Shown here piece after piece: positions 48,701 through 63,700 of a stretch of 64,000 nucleotides of DNA. The stretch comes from Mobula hypostoma (taxonomy: Eukaryota). The stretch covers positions 199,952,001 to 200,016,000 of the forward strand of contig NC_086100.1 of assembly GCF_963921235.1 (NCBI RefSeq), given 5' to 3'. The notes beneath the pieces were generated by a model, which was not told the origin of the DNA, searched no databases, and saw nothing but the letters and a program-made list of their open reading frames with translations. Position numbers and translations under genes: made by a program. Every line of letters starts with the position of its first letter. Position 1 is the stretch's first letter.

Positions 48701-51700
48701 TATGAACCTACACTGAGACCCAGCTGATACTGACTGCTCAACAGGTATGAGCCTACACTGAGACCCAGCTGATACTGACTGCTCAACAGGTATAAGCCTA
48801 CACTGAGACCCAGCTGATATTGACTACTCAACAGGTATGAGCCTACACTGAGACCCAGTTGATACTGACTGCTCAACAGGTATGAGCCTACACTGAGACC
48901 CAGCTGATACTGACTGCTCAACAGGTATGAACCTACACTGAGACCCAGCTGATACTGACTGCTCAACAGGTATGAGCCTACACTGAGACCCAGCTGATAC
49001 TGACTACTCAACAGGTATGAGCCTACACTGAGACCCAGCTGATACTGACAACTCAACAGGTATGAGCCTACACTGAGACCCAGCTGATACTGACTACTCA
49101 ACAGGTATGAACCTACACTGAGACCCAGCTGATACTGACTGCTCAACAGGTATGAGCCTACACTGAGACCCAGCTGATACTGACTACTCAACAGGTATGA
49201 GCCTACACTGAGACCCAGCTGATACTGACTACTCAACAGGTATGAACCTACACTGAGACCCAGCTGATACTGACTGCTCAACAGGTATGAGCCTACACTG
49301 AGACCCAGCTGATACTGACTGCTCAACAGGTATGAGCCTACACTGAGACCCAGCTGATACTGACTGCTCAACAGGTATGAGCCTACACTGAGACCCAGCT
49401 GATACTGACTGCTCAACAGGTATGAGCCTACACTGAGACCCAGCTGATACTGACTGCTCAACAGGTATGAACCTACACTGAGACCCAGCTGATACTGACT
49501 GCTCAACAGGTATGAGCTTACACTGAAACCCAGCTGATACTGACTGCTCAACAGGTATGAGCCTACACTGAGACCCAGCTGATACTGACTGCTCAACAGG
49601 TATGAACCTACACTGAGACCCAGCTGATACTGACTGCTCAACAGGTATGAGCCTACACTGAGACCCAGCTGATACTGACTGCTCAACAGGTATGAGCCTA
49701 CACTGAGACCCAGCTGATACTGACTGCTCAACAGGTATGAGCCTAGACTGAGACAAAGCTGATAATGACTACTCAACAGGTATGAGCCAACACTGAGACC
49801 TAGCTGATACTGACTGCTCAACAGGTATGAGCCTACACTGAGACCCAGCTGATACTGACTGCTCAACAGGTATGAACCTACAATGAGACCCAGCTGATAC
49901 TGACTGCTCGACATGTATAAGCCTACACTGAGACCCAGCTGATACTGACTACTCAACAGGTATGAGCCTACACTGAGACCCAGCTGATACTGACTACTCA
50001 ACAGGTATGAGCCTACACTGAGACCCAGCTGATACTGACTACTCAACAGGTATGAAGCTACACTGAGACCCAGCTGATACTGACTACTCAACAGGTATGA
50101 GCCTACACTGAGACCCAGCTGATACTGACTACTCAACAGGTATGAACCTACACTGAGACCCAGCTGATACTGACTGCTCAACAGGTATGAGCTTACACTG
50201 AGACCCAGCTGATACTGACTGCTCAACAGGTATAAGCCTGCACTGAGACCCAGCTGATACTGACTGCTCAACAGGTATGAACCTACACTGAGAACCAGCT
50301 GATACTGACTGCTCAACATGTATGAGCCTACACTGAGACCCAGCTGATACTGACTGCTCAACAGGTATGAGCCTACAGTAAGAACGAGCTGATACTGACT
50401 GCTCAACAGGTATGAGCCTACACTGAGACCCAGCTGATACTGACTACTCAACAGGTATAAATCTACACTGAGACCCAGCTGATACTGACTGCTCAACAGG
50501 TATGAGCCTACACTGAGACCCAGCTGATACTGACTGCTCAACAGGTATGAGCCTACACTGAGACCCAGCTGATACTGACTACTCAACAGGTATGAGCCTA
50601 CACTGAGACCAGGCTGATACTAACTACTCAACAGGTATAAGCCTACACTGAGACCCAGCTGATACTGACTACTCAACAGGTATGAGCCTACACTGAGACC
50701 CAGCTGATACTGACGACTCAACAGGTATGAACCTACACTGAGACCCAGCTGATACTGACTGCTCAACAGTTCTGAGCCTACACTGAGACCCAGCTGATAC
50801 TGACTACTCAACAGGTATGAGCATACACTGAGACCCAGCTGATACTGACTGCTCAACAGGTATGAGCCTACACTGAGACCCAGCTGATACTGACCACTCA
50901 ACAGCTATGAGCCTACACTGACACCCAGCTGATACTAACTGCTCAACAGGTATGAGCCTACACTGAGACCCAGCTGATACTGACTGCTCAACAGGTATGA
51001 GCCTACACTGAGACCCAGCTGATACTGACTAATCAACAGGTATGAGCCTACAGTGAGACCCAGCTGATACTGACTGCTCAAAAGGTAAGAGCCTACACTG
51101 AGACCCAGCTGATACTGACTACTCAACAGGTATGAGCCTACACTGAGACCCAGCTGATACTGACTGCTCAACAGGTATGAGCCTACACTGAGACCCAGCT
51201 GATACTGACTGCTCAACAGGTATGAGCCTACACTGAGACCCAGCTGATACTGACTGCTCAACAGGTATGAGCCGACACTGAGACCCAGCTGATACTGACT
51301 ACTCAACAGGTATGAGCCTACACAGAGACCCAGCTGATACTGACTACTCAACAGGTATGAGCCTACACTGAGACCCAGCTGATACTGACTACTCAACAGG
51401 TATGAAGCGACACTGAGACCCAGCTGATACTGACTACTCAACAGGTATGAGCCTACACTGAGACCCAGCTGATACTGACTGCTCAACAGGTATGAGCCTA
51501 CACTGAGACCCAGCTGATACTGACTACTCAACAGGTATGAACCTACACTGAGACCCAGCTGATACTGACTACTCAACAGGTATGAGCCTACACTGAGACC
51601 CAGCTGATACTGACTGCTCAACAGGTATGAGCCTACATTGAGACCCATCTGATACTGACTACTCAACAGGTATAAACCTACACTGAGACCCAGCTGATAC

Positions 51701-54700
51701 TGACTACTCAACAGGTATGAGCCTACACTGAGACCCAGCTGATACTGACTGCTCAACAGGTATGAGCCTACACTGAGACCCAGCTGATACTGACTGCTCA
51801 ACAGGTATGAGCCTACACTGAGACCCAGCTGATACTGACTACTCAACAGGTATGAGCCTACACTGAGACCCAGCTGATACTGACTGCTCAACAGGTATGA
51901 GCCTACACTGAGACCCAGCTGATACTGACTGCTCAACAGGTATGAACCTACACTGAGACCCAGCTGATACTGACTGCTCAACAGGTATGAGCCTACACTG
52001 AGACCCAGCTGATACTGACTACTCAACAGGTATGAGCCTACACTGAGACCCAGCTGATACTGACTACTCAACAGGCATGAGCCTACACTGAGACCCAGCT
52101 GATACTGACTACTCAACAGGTATGAAGTGACACTGAGACCCAGCTGATACTGACTGCTCAACAGTTCTGAGCCTACACTGAGACCCAGCTGATACTGACT
52201 ACTCAACAGGTATGAGCTTACACTGAGACCCAGCTGATACTGACTGCTCAACAGGTATGAGCCTACACTGAGACCCAGCTGATACTGACTACTCAACAGG
52301 TATGAGCCTACACTGAGACCCAGCTGATACAGACTGCTCAACAGGTATGAGCCAACACTGAGACCCAGCTGATACTGACTGCTCAACAGGTATGAGCCTA
52401 CACTGAGACCCAGCTGATACTGACTAATCAACAGGTATGAGCCTACAGTGAGACCCAGCTGATACTGACTGCTCAAAAGGTAAGAGCCTACACTGAGACA
52501 CAGCTGATACTGAATACTCAACAGGTATGAATCTGCACTGAGACCCAGCTGATACTGACGGCTCAACAGGTATGAGCCGACACTGAGACCCAGCTGCTTT
52601 TGACTGCTCAACAGGTATGAGCCTACACTGAGACCCAGCTGATACTGACTACTCAACAGGTATGAGCCTACACTGAGACCCAGCTGATACTGACTACTCA
52701 ACAGGTATGAGCCTACACTGAGACCCAGCTGATACTGACTACTCAACAGGTATGAACCGACACTGAGACCCAGCTGATACTGACCACTCAACAGGTATGA
52801 GCCTACACTGAGACCCAGCTGATACGGACTACTCAACAGGTATGAACCTACACTGAGACCCAGCTGATACTGACTGCTCAACAGGTATGAGCCTACACTG
52901 AGCCCCAACTGATACTGACTGCTCAACAGGTATCAACCTACACTGAGACCCAGCTGATACTGACTGCTCAACAGGTATCAACCTACAGTGAGAACCAGCT
53001 GATACTGACTGCTCAACATGTATGAGCCTACACTGAGACCCAGCTGATACTGACTGCTCAACAGGTATGAGCCTACAGTAAGAACCAGCTGATACTGACT
53101 GCTCAACAGGTATGAGCCTACACTGAGACCCAGCTGATACTGACTACTCAACAGGTATGAGCCTACACTGAGACCCAGCTGATACTGACTGCTCAACAGG
53201 TATGAGCCTACACTGAGACCCAGCTGATACTGACTGCTCAACAGGTATGAGCCTACACTGAGACCCAGCTGATACTGACTACTCAACAGGTATGAGCCTA
53301 CACTGAGACCAGGCTGATACTAACTACTCAACAGGTATAAGCCTACACTGAGACCCAGCTGATACTGACTACTCAACAGGTATGAGCCTACACTGAGACC
53401 CAGCTGATACTGACGACTCAACAGGTATGAACCTACACTGAGACCCAGCTGATACTGACTGCTCAACAGTTCTGAGCCTACACTGAGACCCAGCTGATAC
53501 TGACTACTCAACAGGTATGAGCTTACACTGAGACCCAGCTGATACTGACTGCTCAACAGGTATGAGCCTACACTGAGACCCAGCTGATACTGACTACTCA
53601 ACAGGTATGAGCCTACACTGAGACCCAGCTGATACAGACTGCTCAACAGGTATGAGCCAACACTGAAACCCAGCTGATACTGACTGCTCAACAGGTATGA
53701 GCCTACACTGAGACCCAGCTGATACTGACGAATCAACAGGTATGAGCCTACAGTGAGACCCAGCTGATACTGACTGCTCAAAAGGTAAGAGCCTACACTG
53801 AGACCCAGCTGATACTGAATACTCAACAGGTATGAATCTACACTGAGACCCAGCTGATACTGACTGCTCAACAGGTATGAGCCTACACTGAGACCCAGCT
53901 GATATTGACTGCTCAACAGGTATGAGCCGACACTGAGACCCAGCTGATACTGACTACTCAACAGGTATGAGCCTACACAGAGACCCAGCTGATACTGACT
54001 ACTCAACAGGGATGAGCCTACACTGAGACCCAGCTGATACTGACTACTCAACAGGTATGAAGCTACACTGAGACCCAGCTGATACTGACTACTCAACAGG
54101 TATGAGCCTACACTGAGACCCAGCTGATACTGACTGCTCAACAGGTATGAGCCTACACTGTGACCCAGCTGATACTGACTATTCAACAGGTAGGAAGCTA
54201 CTCTGAGACCCAGCTGATACTGACTACTCAACAGGTATGAGCCTACACTGAGACCCAGCTGATACTGACTGCTCAACAGGTATCAACCTACACTGAGACC
54301 CAGCTGATACTGACTGCTCAACAGGTATGAGCCTACACTGAGACCCAGCTGATACTGACTGCTCAACAGGTATGAGCCTACAGTGAGACCCAGCTGATAC
54401 TGACTACTCAACAGGTATGAACCTACAGTGAGACCCAGCTGATACTGACTACTCAACAGGTATGAGCCTACACTGAGACCCAGCTGATACTGACTGCTCA
54501 ACAGGTATGAGCCTACACTGAGACCCAGCTGATACTGACTGCTCAACAGGTATGAGCCTACACTGAGACCCAACTGATACTGACTACTCAACAGGTATGA
54601 GCCAACACTGAGACCTAACTGATACTGACTGCTCAACAGGTATGAGCCTACACTGAGATCCAACTGATACTGACTGCTCAACAGGTATAAACCTACACTG

Positions 54701-57700
54701 AGACCCAGCTGATACTGACAGCTCAACAGGTATGAGCCTACACTGAGACCCAGCTGATACTGACTACTCAACAGGTATGAGCCTACACTGAGACCCAGCT
54801 GATACTGACTACTCAACAGGCATGAGCCTACACTGAGACCCAGCTGATACTGACTACTCAACAGGTATGAAGTGACACTGAGACCCAGCTGATACTGACT
54901 GCTCAACAGTTCTGAGCCTACACTGAGACCCAGCTGATACGGACTACTCAACAGGTATGAGCTTACACTGAGACCCAGTTGATACTGACTGCTCAACAGG
55001 TATGAGCCTACACTGAGACCCAGCTGATACTGACTACTCAACAGGTATGAGCCTACACTGAGACCCAGCTGATACTGACTGCTCAACAGGTATGAGCCTA
55101 CACTGAGACCCAGCTGATACTGACTGCTCAACAGGTATGAGCCTACACTGAGACCCAGCTGATACTGACTAATCAACAGGTATGAGCCTACAGTGAGACC
55201 CAGCTGATACTGACTGCTCAAAAGGTAAGAGCCTACAGTGAGACACAGCTGATACTGAATACTCAACAGGTATGAATCTGCACTGAGACCCAGCTGATAC
55301 TGACGGCTCAACAGGTATGAGCCGACACTGAGACCCAGCTGCTTTTGACTGCTCAACAGGTATGAGCCTACACTGAGACCCAGCTGATACTGACTGCTCA
55401 ACAGGTATGAGCCGACACTGTGACCCAGCTGATACTGACTACTCAACAGGTATGAGCCTACACTGAGACCCAGCTGATACTGACTACTCAACAGGTATGA
55501 AGCTACACTGAGACCCAGCTGATACTGACTGCTCAACAGGTATGAGCCTACACTGAGACCCAGCTGATACGGACTACTCAACAGGTATAAACCTACACTG
55601 AGACCCAGCTGATACTGACTGCTCAACAGGTATGAGCCTACACTGAGACCCAGCTGATACTGACTGCTCAACAGGTATGAACCTACACTGAGACCCAGCT
55701 GATACTGACTGCTCAACAGGTATGAGCCTACACTGAGACCCAGCTGATACTGACTGCTCAACAGGTATGAGCCTACACTGAGACCCAGCTGATACTGACT
55801 GCTCAACAGGTATCAACCTACAGTGAGACCCAGCTGATACTGACTGCTCAACAGGCATGAGCCTACACTGAGACCCAGCTGATACTGACTGCTCAACAGG
55901 TATGAGCCTACACTGAGACCCAGCTGATACTGACTGCTCAACAGGTATGAACCTACACTGAGACCCAGCTGATACTGACTGCTCAACAGGTATGAGCCTA
56001 CACTGAGACCCAGCTGATACTGACTGCTCAACAGGTATGAGCCTACAGTAAGACCCAGCTGATACTGACTGCTCAACAGGTATGAGCCTAGACTGAGACA
56101 AAGCTGATAATGACTACTCAACAGGTATGAGCCAACACTGAGACCTAACTGATACTACCTGCTCAACAGGTATGAGCCTACACTGAGACCCAACTGATAC
56201 TGACTGCTCAACAGGTATAAACCTACACTGAGACCCAGCTGATACTGACTGCTCAACAGGTATGAGCCTACACTGAGACCCAGCTGATACTGACTACTCA
56301 ACAGGTATGAGCCTACACTGAGACCCAGCTGATACTGACTACTCAACAGGTATGAGCCTACACTGAGACCCAGCAGATACTGACTACTCAACAGGTATGA
56401 AGCGACACTGAACCAAGCTGATACTGACCACTCAACAGGTATGAGCCTACACTGAGACCCAGCTGATACGGACTACTCAACAGGTATGAACCTGCACTGA
56501 GACCCAGCTGATACTGACTGCTCAACAGGTATGAGCTTACACTGAAACCCAGCTGATACTGACTGCTCAACAGGTATAAGCCTGCACTGAGACCCAGCTG
56601 ATACTGACTGCTCAACAGGTATGAACCTACACTGAGACCCAGCTGATACTGACTGCTCAACAGGTATGAGCCTACACTGAGACCCAGCTGATACTGACTG
56701 CTCAACAGGTATGAGCCTACACTGAGACCCAGCTGATACTGACTGCTCAACAGGTATGAGCCTACACTGAGACCCAGCTGATACTGACTACTCAACAGGT
56801 ATGAGCCTACACTGAGACCCAGCTGATACTGACTGCTCAACAGGTATGAGCCTACACTGAGACCCAGCTGATACTGACTGCTCAACAGGTATGAGCCTAC
56901 ACTGAGACCCAGCTGATATTGACTACTCAACAGGTATGAGCGTACACTGAGACCCATCTGATACTGACTACACAACAGGTATAAGCCTACACTGAGACCC
57001 AGCTGATACTGACAACTCAACAGGTATGAGCGTACACTGAGACCCAGCTGATACTAACTACTCAACAGGGATAAAACTACACTGAGACCCAGCTGATACT
57101 GACTGCTCAACAGGTATGAGCCTACACTGAGACCCAGCTGATACTGACTACTCAACAGGTATGAGCCTACACTGAGACCCAGCTGATACTGACTGCTCAA
57201 CAGGTATGAGCCTACACTGAGACCCAGCTGATACTGACTGCTCAACAGGTATGAGCCTACACTGAGACCCAGCTGATACTGACTGCTCAACAGGTATGAG
57301 CCTACACTGAGACCCAGCTGATACTGACTACTCAACAGGTATGAACCTACACTGAGACCCAGCTGATACTGACTGCTCAACAGGTATGAGCCTACACTGA
57401 GACCCAGCTGATACTGACTGCTCAACAGGTATGAGCCTACACTGAGACCCAGCTGATACTGACTGCTCAACAGGTATGAGCCTACACTGAGACCCAGCTG
57501 ATACTGACTACTCAACAGGTATGAGCCTACACTGAGACCCAGCTGATACTGACTACTCAACAGGTATGAGCCTACACTGAGACCCAGCTGATACTGACTA
57601 CTCAACAGGTATGAACCTACACTGAGACCCAGCTGATACTGACTACTCAACAGGTATGAGCCTACACTGAGACCCAGCTGATACTGACTACTCAACAGGT

Positions 57701-60700
57701 ATGAACCTACACTGAGACCCAGCTGATACTGACTGCTCAACAGGTATGAGCCTACACTGAGACCGAACTGATACTGAGTGCTCAACAGGTATCAACCTAC
57801 ACTGAGACCCAGCTGATACTGACTGCTCAACAGGTATCAACCTACACTGAGACCCAGCTGATACTGACTGCTCAACAGGTATGAGCCTACACTGAGACCC
57901 AGCTGATACTGACTACTCAACAGGTATGAGCCAACACTGAGACCTAACTGATACTGACTGCTCAACAGGTATCAACCTACACTGAGACCCAGGTGATACT
58001 GACTACTCAACAGGTATGAGCCTACACTGAGACCGAGCTGATACTGATTACTCAACAGGTATAAGCCTACACTGAGACCCAGCTGATACTGACTGCTCAA
58101 CAGGTATGAGCCTACACAGAGATCCAGCTGATACTGACAACTCAAGAGGTATAAGCCTACACTGAGACCCAGCTGATACTGACTACTCAACATGTATGAA
58201 GCTACACTGAGACCCAGCTGATACTGACTGCTCAACAGGTATGAGCCTACACTGAGACCCAACTGATACTGACTGCTCAACAGGTATCAACCTACAGTGA
58301 GAACCAGCTGATACTGACTGCTCAACAGGTATGAGCCTACACTGAGACCCAGCTGATACTGACTGCTCAACAGGTATGAGCCTACAGTAAGACCCAGCTG
58401 ATACTGACTGCTCAACAGGTATGAGCCTACACTGAGACCCAGCTGATAATGACTACTCAACAGGTATGAGCCAACACTGAGACCTAACTGATACTGACTG
58501 CTCAACAGGTATGAGCCTACACTGAGACCCAACTGATACTGACTGCTCAACAGGTATAAACCTACACTGAGACCCAGCTGATACTGACAGCTGAACAGGT
58601 ATGAGCCTACACTGAGTTCCAGCTGATACTGACTACTCAACAGGTATGAGCCTACACTGAGACCCAGCTGATACTGACTACTCAACAGGTATGAGCCTAC
58701 ACTGAGACCCAGCTGATACTGACTACTCAACAGGTATGAAGGTACACTGAGACCCAGCTGATACTGACTACTCAACAGGTATGAGCCTACACTGAGACCC
58801 AGCTGATACGGACTACTCAACAGGTATGAACCTACACTGAGACCCAGCTGATACTGACTGCTCAACAGGTATGAGCCTACACTGAGACCCAACTGATACT
58901 GACTGCTCAACAGGTATCAACCTACACTGAGACCCAGCTGATACTGACTGCTCAACATGTATCAGCCAACACTGAGACCTAACTGATACTGACTGCTCAA
59001 CAGGTATGAGCCTACAATGAGATCCAGCTGATACTGACTACTCAACAGGTATAAGCCTACACTGAGACCCAGCTGATACTGACTACTCAACAGGTATGAA
59101 GCTACTCTGAGACCCAGCTGATACTGACTACTCAAGAGGTATGAGCCTACACTGAGACCCAGCTGATACTGACTGCTCAACAGGTATGAGCCTACACTGA
59201 GACCCAGCTGATACTGACTGCTCAACAGGTATGAGCCTACACTGAGACCCAGCTGATACTGACTACTCAACAGGTATGAGCCTACACTGAGACCCAGCTG
59301 ATACTGACTACTCAACAGGTATGAGCCTACACTGAGACCCAGCTGATACTGACTACTCAACAGGTATAAGCCTACACTGAGACCCAGCTGATACTGACTA
59401 CTCAACAGGTATGAGCCTACACTGAGACCCAGCTGATACTGACTACTCAACAGGTATGAGCCTACACTGAGACCCAGCTGATACTGACTGCTCAACAGGT
59501 ATGAGCCTACACTGAGACCCAGCTGATACTGACTACTCAACAGGTATGAGCCTACACTGAGACCCAGCTGATACTGACTACTCAACAGGTATGAACCTAC
59601 ACTGAGACCCAGCTGATACTGACTGCTCAACAGGTATGAGCCTACACTGAGACCCAGCTGATACTGACTACTCAACAGGTATGAGCCTACACTGAGACCC
59701 AGCTGATACTGACTGCTCAACAGGTATGAGCCTACACTGAGACCCAGCTGATACTGACTACTCAACAGGTATGAGCCTACACTGAGACCCAGCTGATACT
59801 GACTGCTCAACAGGTATGAGCCTACACTGAGACCCAGCTGATACTGACTGCTCAACAGGTATGAGCCTACACTGAGACCCAGCTGATACTGACTACTCAA
59901 CAGGTATGAGCCTACACTGAGACCCAGCTGATACTGACTGCTCAACAGGTATGAGCCTACACTGAGACCCAGCTGATACTGACTACTCAACAGGTATGAA
60001 CCTACACTGAGACCCAGCTGATACTGACTGCTCAACAGGTATGAGCCTACACTGAGACCCAGCTGATACTGACTGCTCAACAGGTATGAGCCTACACTGA
60101 GACCCAGCTGATACTGACTGCTCAACAGGTATGAGCCTACACTGAGACCCAGCTGATACTGACTACTCAACAGGTATGAGCCTACACTAAGACCCAGCTG
60201 ATACTGACTGCTCAACAGGTATGAGCCTAGACTGAGACCCAGCTGATAATGACTACTCAACAGGTATGAGCCAACACTGAGACCTAACTGATACTGACTG
60301 CTCAACAGGTATGAGCCTACACTGAGACCCAACTGATACTGACTGCTCAACAGGTATAAACCTACACTGAGACCCAGCTGATACTGACAGCTCAACAGGT
60401 ATGAGCCTACACTGAGTCCCAGCTGATACTGACTACTCAACAGGTATGAGCCTACACTGAGACCCAGCTGATACTGACTACTCAACAGGCATGAGCCGAC
60501 ACTGAGACCCAGCTGATACTGACTACTCAACAGGTATGAAGTGACACTGAGACCCAGCTGATACTGACCACTCAACAGGTATGAGCCTACACTGAGACCC
60601 AGCTGATACGGACTACTCAACAGGTATGAACCTACACTGAGACCCAGCTGATACTGACTGCTCAACAGGTATGAGCCTACACTGAGCCCCAACTGATACT

Positions 60701-63700
60701 GACTGCTCAACAGGTATCAACCTACACTGAGACCCAGCTGATACTGACTGCTCAACAGGTATCAGCCAACACTGAGACCTAACTGATACTGACTGCTCAA
60801 CAGGTATGAGCCTACAATGAGATCCAGCTGATACTGACTACTCAACAGGTATAAGCCTACACTGAGACCCAGCTGATACTGACTACTCAACAGGTATGAA
60901 GCTACTCTGAGACCCAGCTGATACTGACTACTCAAGAGGTATGAGCCTACACTGAGACCAAGCTGATACTGACTGCTCAACAGGTATGAGCCTACACTGA
61001 GACCCAGCTGATACTGACTGCTCAACAGGTATGAGCCTACACTGAGACCCAGCTGATACTGACTACTCAACAGGTATGAGCCTACACTGAGACCCAGCTG
61101 ATACTGACTACTCAACAGGTATGAGCCTACACTGAGACCCAGCTGATACTGACTACTCAACAGGTATGAGCCTACACTGAGACCCAGCTGATACTGACTA
61201 CTCAACAGGTATGAGCCTACACTGAGACCCAGCTGATACTGACTACTCAACAGGTATGAACCTACACTGAGACCCAGCTGATACTGACTGCTCAACAGGT
61301 ATGAGCCTACACTGAGACCCAGCTGATACTGACTACTCAACAGGTATGAGCCTACACTGAGACCCAGCTGATACTGACTACTCAACAGGTATGAACCTAC
61401 ACTGAGACCCAGCTGATACTGACTGCTCAACAGTTCTGAGCCTACACTGAGACCCAGCTGATACTGACTACTCAACAGGTATGAGCCTACACTGAGACCC
61501 AGCTGATACTGACTGCTCAACAGGTATGAGCCTACACTGAGACCCAGCTGATACTGACTACTCAACAGGTATGAGCCTACACTGAGACCCAGCTGATACT
61601 GACTGCTCAACAGGTATGAGCCTACACTGAGACCCAGCTGATACTGACTGCTCAACAGGTATGAGCCTACACTGAGACCCAGCTGATACTGACTAATCAA
61701 CAGGTATGAGCCTACAGTGAGACCCAGCTGATACTGACTGCTCAAAAGGTAGGAGCCTACACTGAGACCCAGCTGATACAGAATACTCAACAGGTATGAA
61801 TCTACACTGAGACCCAGCTGATACTGACTGCTCAACAGGTATGAGCCTACACTGAGACCCAGCTGATATTGACTGCTCAACAGGTATGAGCCTACACTGA
61901 GACCCAGCTGATACTGACTGCTCAACAGGTATGAGCCTACACTGAGACCCAGCTGATACTGACTACTCAACAGGTATGAGCCTACACTGAGACCCAGCTG
62001 ATACTGACTACTCAACAGGTATGAGCCTACACTGAGACCCAGCTCATACTGACTACTCAACAGGTATGAAGCGACACTGAGACCCAGCTGATACTGACCA
62101 CTCAACAGGTATGAGCCTACACTGAGACCCAGCTGATACGGACTACTCAACAGGTATGAACCTACACTGAGACCCAGCTGATACTGACTGCTCAACAGGT
62201 ATGAGCCTACACTGAGACCCAACTGATACTGACTGCTCAACAGGTATCAACCTACACTGAGACCCAGCTGATACTGACTGCTCAACAGGTATCAACCTAC
62301 ACTGAGACCCAGCTGATACTGACTGCTCAACAGGTATGAGCCTACACTGAGACGCAGCTGATACTGACTACTCAACAGGTATGAGCCAACACTGAGACCC
62401 AACTGATACTGACTGCTCAACAGGTATCAACCTACACTGAGACACAGCTGATACTGACTACTCAACAGGTATGAGCCTACACTGAGACCGAGCTGATACT
62501 GACTACTCAACAGGTATGAGCCTACACTGAGACCCAGCTGATACTGACTGCTCAACAGGTATGAGCCTACACAGAGATCCAGCTGATACTGACTACTCAA
62601 CAGGTATAAGCCTACACTGAGACCCAGCTGATACTGACTACTCAACAGGTATAAACCTACACTGAGACCCAGCTGATACTGACTACTCAACAGGTATGAG
62701 CCTACACTGAGACCCAGCTGATACTGACTGCTCAACAGGTATGAGCCTACACTGAGACCCAGCTGATACTGACTACTCAACAGGTATGAACCTACACTGA
62801 GACCCAGCTGATGCTGACAACTCAACAGGTATGAGCCTACACTGAGACCTAGCTGATACTGACTGCTCAACAGGTATGAACCTACACTGAGACCCAGCTG
62901 ATACTGACTGCTCAACAGGTATGAGCCTACACTGAGACCCAGCTGATACTGACTGCTCAACAGGTATGAGCCTACAGTGAGACCCAGCTAATACTGACTA
63001 CTCAACAGGTATGAACCTACAGTGCGACCCAGATGATACTGACTACTCAACAGGTATGAGCCTACACTGAGACCCAGCTGATACTGACTGCTCAACAGGT
63101 ATGAGCCTACACTGAGACCCAGCTGATACTGACTACTCAACAGGTATGAACCTACACTGAGACCCAGCTGATACTGACTACTCAACAGGTATGAGCCTAC
63201 ACTGAGACCCAGCTGATACTGACTACTCAACAGGTATGAGCCTACACTGAGACCCAGCTGATACTGACTGCTCAACAGGTATGAACCTACACTGAGACCC
63301 AGCTGATACTGACTGCTCAACAGGTATGAGCCTACACTGAGACCCAGCTGATACTGACTACTCAACAGGTATGAGCCTACACTGAGACCCAGCTGATACT
63401 GACTACTCAACAGGTATGAGCCTACACTGAGACCCAGCTGATACTGACTACTCAACAGGTATGAAGCGACACTGAGACCCAGCTGATACTGACCACTCAA
63501 CAGGTATGAGCCTACACTGAGACCCAGCTGATACGGACTACTCAACAGGTATGAAGCTACACTGAGACCCAGCTGATACTGACTGCTCAACAGGTATGGG
63601 CCTGCACTGAGACCCAACTGATACTGACTGCTCAACAGGTATCAACCTACAGTGAGAACCAGCTGATACTGACTGCTCAACAGGTATGAGCCTACACTGA

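Noticed and set aside
42662..63635. Long minus-strand ORFs (up to 1063 aa) as a repeat-protein gene
   Set aside because: They result from a 45-bp unit lacking a stop in one frame. The starts are TTG, recurrent stops and frameshifts break the frame, and no unique flanking domains are present.
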